A DNA stretch of 64,000 nt from Candidatus Omnitrophota bacterium (GTDB lineage: Bacteria; Omnitrophota; Gorgyraeia; Gorgyraeales; Gorgyraeaceae), in assembly GCA_043822665.1 (NCBI GenBank), contig JBDRBM010000042.1, forward strand, positions 3,453-67,452, given 5' to 3'. The stretch's first letter is position 1. Each line of letters opens with the position of its first letter. The position numbers and the translations under genes are program-made. Below, piece by piece: positions 50,105-59,709 of the stretch. The notes beneath the pieces were generated by a model that made no database searches, was not told the origin of the DNA, and saw only the letters and a list, made by a program, of their open reading frames with translations.

Positions 50105-50689
50105 TGTAAGAGAAGTGCTTACGTAATCAGTGTCCAGATTATGTATCCTGTCCGTATGTCTCCAGCCAAAACCTAACAAATAGGAATTATTGAGTTTATA
50201 ATTGAATTCAATACCTGTTTCGCAATATTCACCCATGCCTTCTTCAAGGTTTGCGGAATACTCTTCGAATAAATGAAGGAAAAGGTCTTTTGCGACCGGA
50301 AAATCTATTGCTATTTTTGTAGTTGAGTCGACAGAATTATAGCTTGTCTCGAATGCCATATAATCAAGCATTTCTCCTGAAATAAACTGCAGGGATTGGC
50401 CAATATAAAGCCAGTTCCGGAAATATTTACCTATTTCAATGCCCATGGTTATTTTTTCCCAGTCACTTATTTCCATGTTCCATTGGGCTTCGCCGAATGC
50501 GGTTATTTCTAATCTAAAAGAACGCAAACGATTATTAATAGAAAAGCGATTGAGGACGATGTCACCGTCGTCTCCTCTTGTATCTATAAGATATTCGTTC
50601 CTATCCTTTATTTCAACGGCTATGGCAGGGTTAGTAAATGCAATCAGGATGGATATTAGAGATAAAAATATACAAAGTACGATTTTCAT
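50093..50689 (-). CDS. hypothetical secreted protein, probable small outer-membrane beta-barrel
   Basis: It has a signal peptide (MKIVLCIFLSLISILIAFTNPAIA), an alternating amphipathic pattern and a C-terminal ..SLTLNF ending in Phe. It is the only minus-strand gene between 1.1 and 64 kb. Confidence 0.5.
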   Translation of the reverse strand: MKIVLCIFLSLISILIAFTNPAIAVEIKDRNEYLIDTRGDDGDIVLNRFSINNRLRSFRLEITAFGEAQWNMEISDWEKITMGIEIGKYFRNWLYIGQSLQFISGEMLDYMAFETSYNSVDSTTKIAIDFPVAKDLFLHLFEEYSANLEEGMGEYCETGIEFNYKLNNSYLLGFGWRHTDRIHNLDTDYVSTSLTLNF

Positions 50690-50825
50690 TTGCGTAAAGC
50701 ATATCATATAAATAAATTATATGCAAGTTACAAATGAATCTGTTCTGGGACACCAGGCAGCATACAACCTTGACTATTAAAGGCGTATCTGTTATAGTTT
50801 ATAACGATATGTATCGGAGGGTGTT

Positions 50826-51335
50826 ATGCGTAATCGTAATATAGTATTAGTTGGTTTCATGGGCACAGGAAAGACTGCTGTCGGCATGGCCCTGGCGTCA
50901 AGATTAGGCCGTGAGTTCATTGAGCTTGACGAGATAATAGAGAAGAAAGAAGGCGCTTCCATAAGGGAGATATTCGAAAAAAAAGGCGAACCTTATTTCA
51001 GGAAAGTCGAGAAACAAGTTGTAAGCGATGCCGCGGAGAAAAAAGGGATAGTTATATCAGCGGGAGGCGGCGCTATAATTAACAAAGAGAATCTCAAGAA
51101 TTTTAAAAAGAACGGATTAGTCGTGTGCCTTGAGGCGTCTCCTGAAGTTATAGTCAAAAGGACAAAAGGCCTGGCTGTCCGGCCGCTCCTGAATGTGCCA
51201 GACCCAAGGAAAAAAATAGAAGAGTTATTACAAAAAAGAGCGCCATATTATAAAAAAGCAGACCTTTGCGTAAATACAAATGTTTTGAGTATAGAGGAAG
51301 TGGTAGATAAAATAATTGCCTTGATCGACTCATAG
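50826..51335 (+). CDS. aroK: shikimate kinase
   Basis: P-loop LVGFMGTGKTAVG, then LD, then GGGAI. The protein is 169 aa. Confidence 0.9.
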   Translation: MRNRNIVLVGFMGTGKTAVGMALASRLGREFIELDEIIEKKEGASIREIFEKKGEPYFRKVEKQVVSDAAEKKGIVISAGGGAIINKENLKNFKKNGLVVCLEASPEVIVKRTKGLAVRPLLNVPDPRKKIEELLQKRAPYYKKADLCVNTNVLSIEEVVDKIIALIDS

Positions 51336-51371
51336 CTAAGTTTCAATCTTGTAATACGGAGTAGAATTGCC

Positions 51372-52472
51372 ATGAATGATAGAGAGAGATTACTCGGCCT
51401 TAATATGGTAGAAGACCTGGGGAGCATAAGGACTCAGGCCCTTTTGAGGCATTTTAGATCCTTAAGCAGGATTTTTTGCGCAAGCGAGAATGAGATTGGG
51501 AAAATCGAAAAGATAGGGCCGAAATTGGCGCCAAGGATCCTGAAATCCATTAAAGACATAAATATAGAGCCAGAACTCGAATTAATAGAAAAATACGGAG
51601 TTAAGATTGTAACTTTTTTGGACAAAGATTATCCAAAGAATCTGAAGAATATCTATGACCCCCCAATGATTTTATATATCAAGGGAAATATTTTAGCGCA
51701 GGATAATGCGGCAATAGCTGTGGTAGGTTCGCGTAGAGCGTCTTTTTATGGCATGCAGACAGCTGAGAAAATGGGTTTTGAACTGGCATCGAGAGGTATC
51801 ACAGTGGTCTCAGGACTTGCAAGGGGCATTGATTCTAGCGCCCATAGAGGCGCGTTAAAGTCAAAAGGAAGGACATTGGCTGTTCTTGGTTCAGGTATCG
51901 GTAATATTTATCCGGAAGAGCACATTGAGCTGGCTAAAGAGATTTCCAAAAGAGGCGCTGTGATTTCTGAATTTCCAATACAAACCATACCTGATAGAGG
52001 AAATTTTCCAAAAAGAAACAGGATTATAAGCGGGTTATCTCTTGGCGTGGTAGTAGTTGAGGCAGCTGAAAAAAGCGGAGCCCTTATTACAAGCGACTGC
52101 GCTATGGAACAGGGAAGGGATGTCTTTGCGGTACCAGGAAAAGTAGATTCAGTAACATCAAAGGGTACTAATGGACTTATAAAGCAAGGAGCAAAGCTGG
52201 CTGAAACAGTAGAAGATATACTTGAAGAATTGAATCTGGATAACTTCTCCGAAAAAGCAAACGGGGAACCAAGTTCCGGCCTATGCGGCCAGACAGAATT
52301 GGACAAAGATGAAATTTTGGTATATAATCTATTAACCAGTGATCCAAGGCATATGGATGAATTGTCTGAGGAGAGCAAACTTAGAATCCCGGCAATTTCA
52401 GGAATTCTATTTAACCTGGAAACTAAAAAATTGATAAAGCAGCTTCCTGGGAAAAACTTTGTGAGGTGTTAG
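51372..52472 (+). CDS. dprA: DNA-processing protein DprA
   Basis: The Rossmann-like core VVGSRRASFYG...VSGLARGIDSSAHRGAL..GRTLAVLG.G....YP is present, with a C-terminal winged-helix-like tail. Confidence 0.9.
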   Translation: MNDRERLLGLNMVEDLGSIRTQALLRHFRSLSRIFCASENEIGKIEKIGPKLAPRILKSIKDINIEPELELIEKYGVKIVTFLDKDYPKNLKNIYDPPMILYIKGNILAQDNAAIAVVGSRRASFYGMQTAEKMGFELASRGITVVSGLARGIDSSAHRGALKSKGRTLAVLGSGIGNIYPEEHIELAKEISKRGAVISEFPIQTIPDRGNFPKRNRIISGLSLGVVVVEAAEKSGALITSDCAMEQGRDVFAVPGKVDSVTSKGTNGLIKQGAKLAETVEDILEELNLDNFSEKANGEPSSGLCGQTELDKDEILVYNLLTSDPRHMDELSEESKLRIPAISGILFNLETKKLIKQLPGKNFVRC

Positions 52473-52475
52473 CAT

Positions 52476-54476
52476 ATGGCGAAGTCACTTGTGGTAGTTG
52501 AATCACCTGCTAAGGCAAATACGATAAATAAAATATTAGGAAATGATTTTGTCGTTGTTTCTTCCGTTGGACATGTTATGGATCTGCCTGGTTCGAAAAT
52601 GGGGATCGACATAGAAAATAATTTTGAGCCGCAATATATAATGATACCGGGCAAGAAACAAACGATAGCAAACCTTAAGAAACAGGCAAATGGCAAAGAA
52701 AAGATATTCCTGGCCACAGACCCGGACAGAGAAGGAGAGGCCATAAGCTGGCATCTCTATAATCTCCTTGGCAGGAAAAAGAATATACGCAGGATAGTGT
52801 TTCATGAGATAACAAAGAATGCCATAGAAGAAGCTGTTAAGCATCCTGGGGATATAGACATAGATAAGGTAGATGCGCAGCAGGCAAGACGTATACTTGA
52901 CAGGCTTGTCGGATATAGCATAAGCCCATTATTATGGAGAAAGGTCGGCAGAGGCCTTTCGGCAGGGAGAGTTCAATCAGTTGCCGTTAGGATGATAGTT
53001 GACAGGGAAAATGAGATAAGGGTTTTTATTCAAAAAGAGTACTGGGAAATAGAAGCAGAGCTTGCGAAGGAAATGGAGAGCAGGGAACCGAGAATAGATA
53101 GTTTTACCGCGAAGCTTGATAAGATTGACGGGAAGAAGGCAGAGCTTGAAAATGAAAAAGAGACACAGGTTATAGTCAGGGAATTAAGTAATGAGAAATA
53201 TATTGTCAGTGATGTGAAAAAAAAAGAGAAGAAAAAAAATGCCCAACCACCATTTACAACCTCAAAGCTTCAACAGGAGGCCTTTTACAAATTGAGATTC
53301 CCGGCATCCAGGACTATGCGCGTTGCGCAACAGTTATATGAAGGTCTTGAGATAGGCAAGGAAGGCAATATCGGCCTTATTACTTATATGAGAACAGATG
53401 CGGTAAGGGTATCGAAAGAATCTGTCGAGACTGCGCGAAATTATATAGATTCTAAATACGGCAAAAATTATCTACCCGATTCACCGAATAAATTCAAATC
53501 TAAGAAAAGCGCCCAAGAAGCGCATGAGGCCATAAGACCGGCCTTGCCTCTAAGAGAGCCTGAAAGTATAAAGGAATATCTGAATGATGATCAGTTTAAA
53601 CTCTACTCGCTTATATGGAACCGTTTTATATCAAGCCAGATGATGCCGGCGGTTTTTTCAGTTATTACTGTAGAAATAAAGGCAGGCAGGTTTGGTCTAA
53701 AGACGGTTGGTTCATATCAGATCTTTGCCGGATTCAGTATTATTTATAAGGAAGATGATGATAAGAACGGCGAAAAAGATGAAAATGAAAAAATCCTGCC
53801 TCCTTTAGAGGTTGGTGAAAAGTTGGAGCTTATCAAACTAAATCCTAGCCAGCATTTTACGAAACCTCCTGCCAGGTTTTCGGAGGCTTCTTTAGTAAAA
53901 GCGTTAGAAGAATATGGCATAGGAAGGCCCTCAACATACGCGCCTATTATATTCACTATTGTGGCGAGAAATTATGTTAAGAGAAAAGAGGGATATTTTT
54001 ATCCGTCCGAACTCGGAATGGTAGTGACAGATCTTCTTATGAAAAGTTTTCCCAGGATACTAGACTTGGAATTTACAGCTAAGATGGAAGAGGAGCTTGA
54101 TGAGATAGAAGAAGGAAATGAGAAAAAGATTGACGTTTTAAAGAGGTTCTATACGCCGTTCGAGAAAGAGCTTGCCTACGCAAAAGACAATATGAGAAAG
54201 GTAAAAGGCGAGACTGTAGCCACATCAGAGGTCTGTGATAAATGCGGCAAGCCTATGGTAATAAAATGGGGGCGGCTTGGCAGATTCCTGAGTTGTTCCG
54301 ACTTTCCTGCATGCAAGTTTGCAAAACCCATTCCTACTGGGGTAGAATGTCCTGAGACAGGCTGTGAAGGCGTGCTTATTGAACGACGTTCTAAAAGAGG
54401 CCGCCATTTCTACGGCTGTAGTAACTATCCAAAGTGCAGGCATATCTCCCGAAGGCTTCCTTCTCCAAAAGAATAA
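52476..54476 (+). CDS. topA: DNA topoisomerase I
   Basis: A Toprim start (LVVVESPAKA), LATDPDREGEAISWH and the active-site Tyr region (GLITYMRTD) are present. C-terminal zinc ribbons follow (CDKCGKPM..CSDFPAC; CPETGCEG..CSNYPKC). Confidence 0.95.
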   Translation: MAKSLVVVESPAKANTINKILGNDFVVVSSVGHVMDLPGSKMGIDIENNFEPQYIMIPGKKQTIANLKKQANGKEKIFLATDPDREGEAISWHLYNLLGRKKNIRRIVFHEITKNAIEEAVKHPGDIDIDKVDAQQARRILDRLVGYSISPLLWRKVGRGLSAGRVQSVAVRMIVDRENEIRVFIQKEYWEIEAELAKEMESREPRIDSFTAKLDKIDGKKAELENEKETQVIVRELSNEKYIVSDVKKKEKKKNAQPPFTTSKLQQEAFYKLRFPASRTMRVAQQLYEGLEIGKEGNIGLITYMRTDAVRVSKESVETARNYIDSKYGKNYLPDSPNKFKSKKSAQEAHEAIRPALPLREPESIKEYLNDDQFKLYSLIWNRFISSQMMPAVFSVITVEIKAGRFGLKTVGSYQIFAGFSIIYKEDDDKNGEKDENEKILPPLEVGEKLELIKLNPSQHFTKPPARFSEASLVKALEEYGIGRPSTYAPIIFTIVARNYVKRKEGYFYPSELGMVVTDLLMKSFPRILDLEFTAKMEEELDEIEEGNEKKIDVLKRFYTPFEKELAYAKDNMRKVKGETVATSEVCDKCGKPMVIKWGRLGRFLSCSDFPACKFAKPIPTGVECPETGCEGVLIERRSKRGRHFYGCSNYPKCRHISRRLPSPKE

Positions 54477-54487
54477 TGTAATAAACG

Positions 54488-55363
54488 ATGCTGGATCGCT
54501 ATATTCAAAAATTCATGACCTATCTGGAAATTGAGAAGAATGCCTCGTGGCATACCATTACTAATTACAAGATAGATTTAAAGGAATTCAGCGTCTCTAT
54601 AAAAGATAAGGCGCTCGATAGCATTACACACATAGACGTCAGACTTTTCCTTGCGCATATGAAAGAGAAGAATTTCTCTAAAAGGACAGTGGCCAGAAAA
54701 ATGGCCGCCTTGAGGAGCTTTTTTAGGTTTCTCTGTAGAGAAGGTTATATAAAAACCAGCCCTGCGTCAGGTCTCCAGACGCCAAAATTAGAAAAGAAAC
54801 TACCATTGTTTTTAAATACGGATGAGGCTACAAAACTGATTGAGTCACCTGATCTTTCTGATGTATATGGTCTCAGGGATAGGGCAATCCTTGAGACCCT
54901 TTATTCGAGCGGTATAAGGGTGGGAGAGCTTGTGACACTCAACAGGGATAATATTGATTTTATAGGAGGCGTTCTAAAGGTTTATGGTAAAGGCAAAAAA
55001 GAACGCCTTGCGCCAATTGGAGACAGGGCCTGCAGGACCATCAGAAATTATCTTGAAAAACTGAATATTTCAGGTTTGAAGGACAAAAAGGCAGTTTTCG
55101 TAAATAAAATCGGGAGGCGCATGACTGATAGGGCTGTTAGGAGGGTAGTTGAAAAATATATAAAAAAGACTAGCTTGAACGAAAAGATATCTCCGCATTC
55201 ACTGCGGCACAGTTTTGCGACGCATTTGCTTGATAGAGGCGCAGATCTGCGCTCGGTACAGGAGCTTTTAGGCCACGCTAATTTATCCACTACCCAGATA
55301 TATACGCATGTTACAACAGAACGCCTGAAATCTATTTACGACAAGGTTCATCCCAGGGCATAG
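54488..55363 (+). CDS. xerC: tyrosine recombinase XerC/XerD family
   Basis: A SAM-like N-domain is followed by the catalytic R..HxxR..Y set (GIRVGEL; HSLRHSFATHLL; LGHANLSTTQIYTHV). It lies in a dprA-topA-xerC context typical of the chromosomal dimer resolvase. Confidence 0.85.
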   Translation: MLDRYIQKFMTYLEIEKNASWHTITNYKIDLKEFSVSIKDKALDSITHIDVRLFLAHMKEKNFSKRTVARKMAALRSFFRFLCREGYIKTSPASGLQTPKLEKKLPLFLNTDEATKLIESPDLSDVYGLRDRAILETLYSSGIRVGELVTLNRDNIDFIGGVLKVYGKGKKERLAPIGDRACRTIRNYLEKLNISGLKDKKAVFVNKIGRRMTDRAVRRVVEKYIKKTSLNEKISPHSLRHSFATHLLDRGADLRSVQELLGHANLSTTQIYTHVTTERLKSIYDKVHPRA

Positions 55364-55389
55364 ATAGAGCGCAAAGGGCATAGCGAAAA

Positions 55390-56004
55390 ATGAAAAAAGC
55401 CGTTGTATTGCTTTCGGGAGGGATGGATTCGGCGGTCGTGCTTTTTTGGGCGCGGCAAAAAGGTTATAAGACTTATTGTCTTATATTTGACTATGCCCAG
55501 CGCCACAGAAAAGAGATTAAATTTGCCAAAAAGCTGGCGCTGTCGACTAAGTCTAACTACATAGTTTTGAAGATAAAATTGCCATGGAAAGGCAGCGCGC
55601 TTTTGGATAGAAAAATAGCTATTCCCGAGAAGAAAAAATCTTTCGTGATACCTGTTACTTATGTCCCGGCAAGAAATACCATATTCTTAAGCTTTGGCTT
55701 GTCGTTTGCCGAGGCAATAAGGGCCGACACTATTTTTATCGGAGCCAATGCCAGGGATTTTTCAGGTTATCCTGACTGCAGGCCTTTATATTTTCAAAGA
55801 TTCAATGAGTTATTGAAAAAGGCTACAAAGGCCAGAGGCATTAAGATAGAGGCCCCGCTGTTATATAAAACAAAAAAAGAAATAACAAAGTTAGGCAAAA
55901 AATTAGGCGTGCCGTTTGAATTAACTTGGTCGTGCTATAAAGGCGGCCGTAAGCCCTGCGGCAAATGTGACGCGTGCAGATTAAGAGCCAAGGGTTTTCA
56001 ATAA
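55390..56004 (+). CDS. queC: 7-cyano-7-deazaguanine synthase
   Basis: PP-loop VVLLSGGMDSAV and the C-terminal zinc motif CYKGGRKPCGKCDACRLR. Confidence 0.92.
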   Translation: MKKAVVLLSGGMDSAVVLFWARQKGYKTYCLIFDYAQRHRKEIKFAKKLALSTKSNYIVLKIKLPWKGSALLDRKIAIPEKKKSFVIPVTYVPARNTIFLSFGLSFAEAIRADTIFIGANARDFSGYPDCRPLYFQRFNELLKKATKARGIKIEAPLLYKTKKEITKLGKKLGVPFELTWSCYKGGRKPCGKCDACRLRAKGFQ

Positions 56005-56014
56005 CAACTCATCG

Positions 56015-56057
56015 CTTAACTTGACGATTCTTACAATGTAAGTTTTGTCAAGTTGAG
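56015..56057 (+). repeat. modular repeat, copy D (minimal core: the two ends only)
   Basis: CTTAACTTGAC-GATT-CTTACA-A-TGTAAG-TTTT-GTCAAGTTGAG is a 43-bp imperfect palindrome with no internal modules. Confidence 0.85.
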
Positions 56058-56071
56058 CAAGGTAATACCCT

Positions 56072-56743
56072 ATGTTAAAGGCAAAGATTACAGAGATATT
56101 CAGTTCGATTCAAGGCGAAGGTCTTTATGTTGGAGAAGAGCAGGTTTTTATAAGATTCTTCGGGTGTAATCTTTCGTGCTATTTTTGCGATGAAAGAGAA
56201 AAGGTATTATTTTCAGAATATACGCCGCAGGCGCTTATTGAGTCGATAATTAAAGAGGGCAAGGGTGCTATTTCTTTGACAGGCGGAGAACCCCTTTTAC
56301 AGGTCGATTTTTTGAATGAGATATTGCCTATTTTAAAAGAAAAAGGTAAAAGAATTTATCTGGAAACCAATGGCACACTTACAAATAACTTGCTTAGAGT
56401 AATGGATTACATTGACATTGTCAGCATGGATATAAAGCTTCCGTCTTCAACAGACCTCAGGCCTTACTGGGAAGAGCACGTTTTATTTTTAAAAGAGGCA
56501 ATCAGAAAAGATGTTTTTGTAAAGGTAATTGTGACGGACCAGACGCTGTTGTCAGATATTGAAATAGCCGTCTCTATTGTCAGAGCGATAGATAAAAATA
56601 TACCTTTTATTCTCCAACCAGTAAGTTATAATAATAATGTCGAGGAAATTATGTTATTACCAGAGTTTTTTAAAAAAGCAAGTCAGACGCTGGGCAGCGT
56701 AAAAGTAATCCCGCAGGTCCATAAAATTTTAGGTGTGCGATGA
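56072..56743 (+). CDS. queE: 7-carboxy-7-deazaguanine synthase (radical SAM)
   Basis: SIQGEG at the N-terminus, the radical-SAM cluster CNLSCYFCD, and LTGGEPL. Confidence 0.88.
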   Translation: MLKAKITEIFSSIQGEGLYVGEEQVFIRFFGCNLSCYFCDEREKVLFSEYTPQALIESIIKEGKGAISLTGGEPLLQVDFLNEILPILKEKGKRIYLETNGTLTNNLLRVMDYIDIVSMDIKLPSSTDLRPYWEEHVLFLKEAIRKDVFVKVIVTDQTLLSDIEIAVSIVRAIDKNIPFILQPVSYNNNVEEIMLLPEFFKKASQTLGSVKVIPQVHKILGVR

Positions 56744-57582
56744 CGCGGATCGTAGAAAGTAGACTTATTGCAAAAGTAGTAAAAGACCTGTGCCTTAAGG
56801 CAAATACAGATCTCAGGAAGGATATCCTTTCTGCGTTAAAAAAGGCTAGGAAAGAGGAATATTCCTCGAAATCAGGACGCATGCTGGATATTGTAATAGA
56901 AAACGCAGCCATAGCAAAAAAGAAAAAATTCCCAATATGCCAGGATACGGGCATGGCAGTGGTTTATCTTAAGATAGGCCAGAGCGTAATGATCAAGGGT
57001 GATATTAAAAAGGCTGTAGAAAATGGCATTGGACAGGCATATAGAGAAGGTTATTTAAGAAAATCTGTTGTCAGCGACCCATTAATAAGGAAAAATACAA
57101 AGACAAATTTGCCCGCGATTATCCATATAGACTTAATGCCCGGCGCTAAAATAGATATAAGGGTCGCCATTAAAGGGTTCGGATGTGAAAATATGAGCAG
57201 GACCAAGATGTTCAGGCCTACAGATTCTTCAAGAGCGATAGAAGATTTTGTAGTAGCCAGCGTAAAAGAGGCAGGCTCAAGGCCATGCCCTCCGGTTTAT
57301 GTAGGCGTTGGCATTGGAGGCGCTCTGGACAAAGCCGTGTCTCTTTCAAAAGAGGCTATTTTTCGAAGCGTAGGAGATCACAATAAAGTTCAACTTATTG
57401 CTATGTTGGAGAAAAATATACTTAAAAGGATTAATAACCTGAAGATCGGAGTTATGGGGATAGGCGGAAGGGTTACTGCTTTGGGTGTGAGCATTCTGAC
57501 TTATCCGACTCACATAGCTGGTCTGCCTGTTGCAGTAAATATAAGCTGTCACGCAACAAGGGATGCGAGAAAGGTGATTTAA
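56740..57582 (+). CDS. Fe-S type hydro-lyase (class I fumarate hydratase / L(+)-tartrate dehydratase family), alpha subunit
   Basis: PICQDTGMAVV and GVGIGG motifs of the FumA/TtdA N-terminal domain are present. The start overlaps the queE stop (ATGA). Confidence 0.85.
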   Translation: MTRIVESRLIAKVVKDLCLKANTDLRKDILSALKKARKEEYSSKSGRMLDIVIENAAIAKKKKFPICQDTGMAVVYLKIGQSVMIKGDIKKAVENGIGQAYREGYLRKSVVSDPLIRKNTKTNLPAIIHIDLMPGAKIDIRVAIKGFGCENMSRTKMFRPTDSSRAIEDFVVASVKEAGSRPCPPVYVGVGIGGALDKAVSLSKEAIFRSVGDHNKVQLIAMLEKNILKRINNLKIGVMGIGGRVTALGVSILTYPTHIAGLPVAVNISCHATRDARKVI

Positions 57583-57591
57583 AGGAGCCCG

Positions 57592-58089
57592 ATGCTAAAG
57601 ATATATTTACCGTTAGAAAAAAAAGTTATACGTAAACTAAAGCATGGAGAAGAAGTTTTACTGAATGGCCCTGTTTTGACTGCCAGAGACGCGGCTCATA
57701 AAAGACTTGTTGAGACATTGCTATCTAAAAGGAAATTACCTTTTTCTCTAAAAGGCGAAACAATATATTACACTGGCCCTGCTCCGGCAAGACCTGACGA
57801 GATTATCGGAGCATGTGGACCGACTACCAGTTCCAGGATGGACAGTTTTACCCCAGTTTTATTGAAACATGGCCTTTTAGGCATGATAGGTAAAGGCGAG
57901 AGGTCAAAAGAAGTAGCGTCCGCTATTAGAAAGTCAGGCGCAGTGTATTTTGTGACTATTGGCGGGGCTGGTGCGTATCTATCTGAAAAAGTGAAAGAAA
58001 GATATATAATAGCTTACAAAGATTTAGACACAGAGGCAATACAAAGGCTGGTAATAGAAGATTTTCCAGCAATAGTATTCATAGTTTAA
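57592..58089 (+). CDS. Fe-S type hydro-lyase, beta subunit
   Basis: [38 protein letters not shown] and IGGAGAYL match the FumA C-terminal/TtdB domain. Confidence 0.85.
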   Translation: MLKIYLPLEKKVIRKLKHGEEVLLNGPVLTARDAAHKRLVETLLSKRKLPFSLKGETIYYTGPAPARPDEIIGACGPTTSSRMDSFTPVLLKHGLLGMIGKGERSKEVASAIRKSGAVYFVTIGGAGAYLSEKVKERYIIAYKDLDTEAIQRLVIEDFPAIVFIV

Positions 58090-58114
58090 TTATCAAGACT
58101 GCATAGGAGGGATA

Positions 58115-58807
58115 ATGAGAAAGGTTAAGATAAAGCGTAATGTGATGAAATTTGCAGAGGGGTCATGCATGATTGAAATAGGCAATACGAAAGTAATATG
58201 CACTGCTTCTATTGAAGATAAAGTCCCGCCTTTTTTGAGAAACACAGGTTCTGGCTGGGTCACAGCTGAATATGGCATGCTTCCACGCTCATGCAAGACC
58301 AGGACACCAAGAGAGGCTTCGCGTGGCAAGCAGAGCGGACGTACTTATGAAATACAACGCCTTGTGGGTAGAAGCCTTAGATCAGTGGTGGAGCTTGATA
58401 AATTGGGCGAGAGGACTGTGTGGATCGATTGCGATGTGATACAAGCTGATGGCGGGACCCGTACAGCCAGCATCACAGGGAGTTTTATTGCCCTTGCTGA
58501 CGCTTTATCAGGGCTCAAGGAAAAAGGTATTATAGAAAAACTGCCGCTTAAGGATTTTGTCGCTGCGGTCAGCGTGGGTATTGTAGACGGTGAGTTATGC
58601 TTGGACCTGGATTACGAGAAGGATTCGAAGGCAGAAGTTGATATGAATATAGTAATGACAGGCAAAGGGCAGTTGATCGAGGTACAGGGCACGGCAGAAA
58701 AAAAACCGTTTTCAAAAAAGGACCTGGATAAGTTAATAGCACTGGCGGAAAAAGGCATTAAAAAACTTATTGCTATGCAACGTCGAGTCTTAAGGGTTGA
58801 ATTATAA
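58115..58807 (+). CDS. rph: ribonuclease PH
   Basis: [30 protein letters not shown], the phosphate-binding [15 protein letters not shown], and [14 protein letters not shown]. Confidence 0.93.
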   Translation: MRKVKIKRNVMKFAEGSCMIEIGNTKVICTASIEDKVPPFLRNTGSGWVTAEYGMLPRSCKTRTPREASRGKQSGRTYEIQRLVGRSLRSVVELDKLGERTVWIDCDVIQADGGTRTASITGSFIALADALSGLKEKGIIEKLPLKDFVAAVSVGIVDGELCLDLDYEKDSKAEVDMNIVMTGKGQLIEVQGTAEKKPFSKKDLDKLIALAEKGIKKLIAMQRRVLRVEL

Positions 58808-59406
58808 TGCAGCTTGTCGTCGCTACCAGGAACCAGGATAAATTAAGAGAGATAAAGACGCTGCTGAAAGGCATGTCTTTAAAAATAGTGTCACTTAATA
58901 ATTTTAAAGACGCCCCTAAAGTTATTGAAAATGGAAAAACCCTGAAAACAAACGCGAAAAAAAAGGCAGTCCAGATATCCAGGTTTTTAAAAACGCTTGC
59001 AGTCGCTGATGATTCCGGGCTAGAGATAAAAACGCTCGAAGGCAGGCCAGGCGTATACTCAGCCCGTTTTTCAGGAAAAGGCGCCACATACGCGAGTAAT
59101 AATGAAAAGGTGCTGAAGCTTTTATATGGCATGCCTATAAATAGGCGCCGAGCCATGTTCAGGTGCGTTATAGCAGTAGCAGATAAAGGAAAGATGGTTG
59201 GGGCAGCAGAAGGGAGATGTAAGGGCAGCATAGGTTTTAAGCCCATGGGCAGGGTAGGATTTGGATATGACCCCATATTTATACCTGATGGATACAAAAA
59301 GACCTTTGCTCAACTGGGTATAAAGAGAAAAAACAGTATAAGCCACAGGAGCAAGGCATTAATCAAGGCCAAAAATATAATAAAAAGATACATTTTGACT
59401 TCTTAG
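58807..59406 (+). CDS. rdgB: dITP/XTP pyrophosphatase (RdgB/HAM1 family)
   Basis: VVATRNQDKLREI, DDSGLE, FGYDPIF and SHRSKAL motifs are present. The start overlaps the rph stop. Confidence 0.9.
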   Translation: MQLVVATRNQDKLREIKTLLKGMSLKIVSLNNFKDAPKVIENGKTLKTNAKKKAVQISRFLKTLAVADDSGLEIKTLEGRPGVYSARFSGKGATYASNNEKVLKLLYGMPINRRRAMFRCVIAVADKGKMVGAAEGRCKGSIGFKPMGRVGFGYDPIFIPDGYKKTFAQLGIKRKNSISHRSKALIKAKNIIKRYILTS

Positions 59407-59451
59407 GGCTATATTGATAAAATTATAAGGCACTATTTATTGAATTTGGTA

Positions 59452-59529
59452 CGGGGCGTGGCTCAGTTTGGCTAGAGCACTTGCTTTGGGAGCAAGGGGT
59501 CGCTGGTTCAAGTCCAGCCGCCCCGACCA
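59452..59529 (+). tRNA. tRNA-Pro (anticodon UGG), CCA encoded
   Basis: Hand-folded cloverleaf CGGGGCG-TG-GCTC-AGTTTGGCTA-GAGC-A-CTTGC-TTTGGGA-GCAAG-GGGTC-GCTGG-TTCAAGT-CCAGC-CGCCCCG-A-CCA. Confidence 0.93.
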
Positions 59530-59622
59530 ACTTGGTTAAAAGTTTAAGGTTGAAAGTTTAAAGGTTTTGTTTTGATTTATGAGAACTTTAAACCTTGAAC
59601 TTTAAACTTTTAAACTAAAAAC

Positions 59623-59699
59623 GTCCCTATAGCTCAGATGGATAGAGCATCTGCCTTCTAAGCAGAAAGTCGGCTGTTCAAACCAGCCTAGGGACGCCA
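59623..59699 (+). tRNA. tRNA-Arg (anticodon UCU), CCA encoded
   Basis: Hand-folded cloverleaf GTCCCTA-TA-GCTC-AGATGGATA-GAGC-A-TCTGC-CTTCTAA-GCAGA-AAGTC-GGCTG-TTCAAAC-CAGCC-TAGGGAC-G-CCA. Confidence 0.93.
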
Positions 59700-59709
59700 C
59701 TATTTTAGT

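Noticed and set aside
54488-55363. XerC-family recombinase as the integrase of the tRNA-His island.
   Set aside because: It lies 5 kb upstream, separated by nine housekeeping genes and two tRNAs. It sits in the conserved dprA-topA-xerC context typical of the chromosomal dimer resolvase. No dif-like or island-end sequence flanks it.
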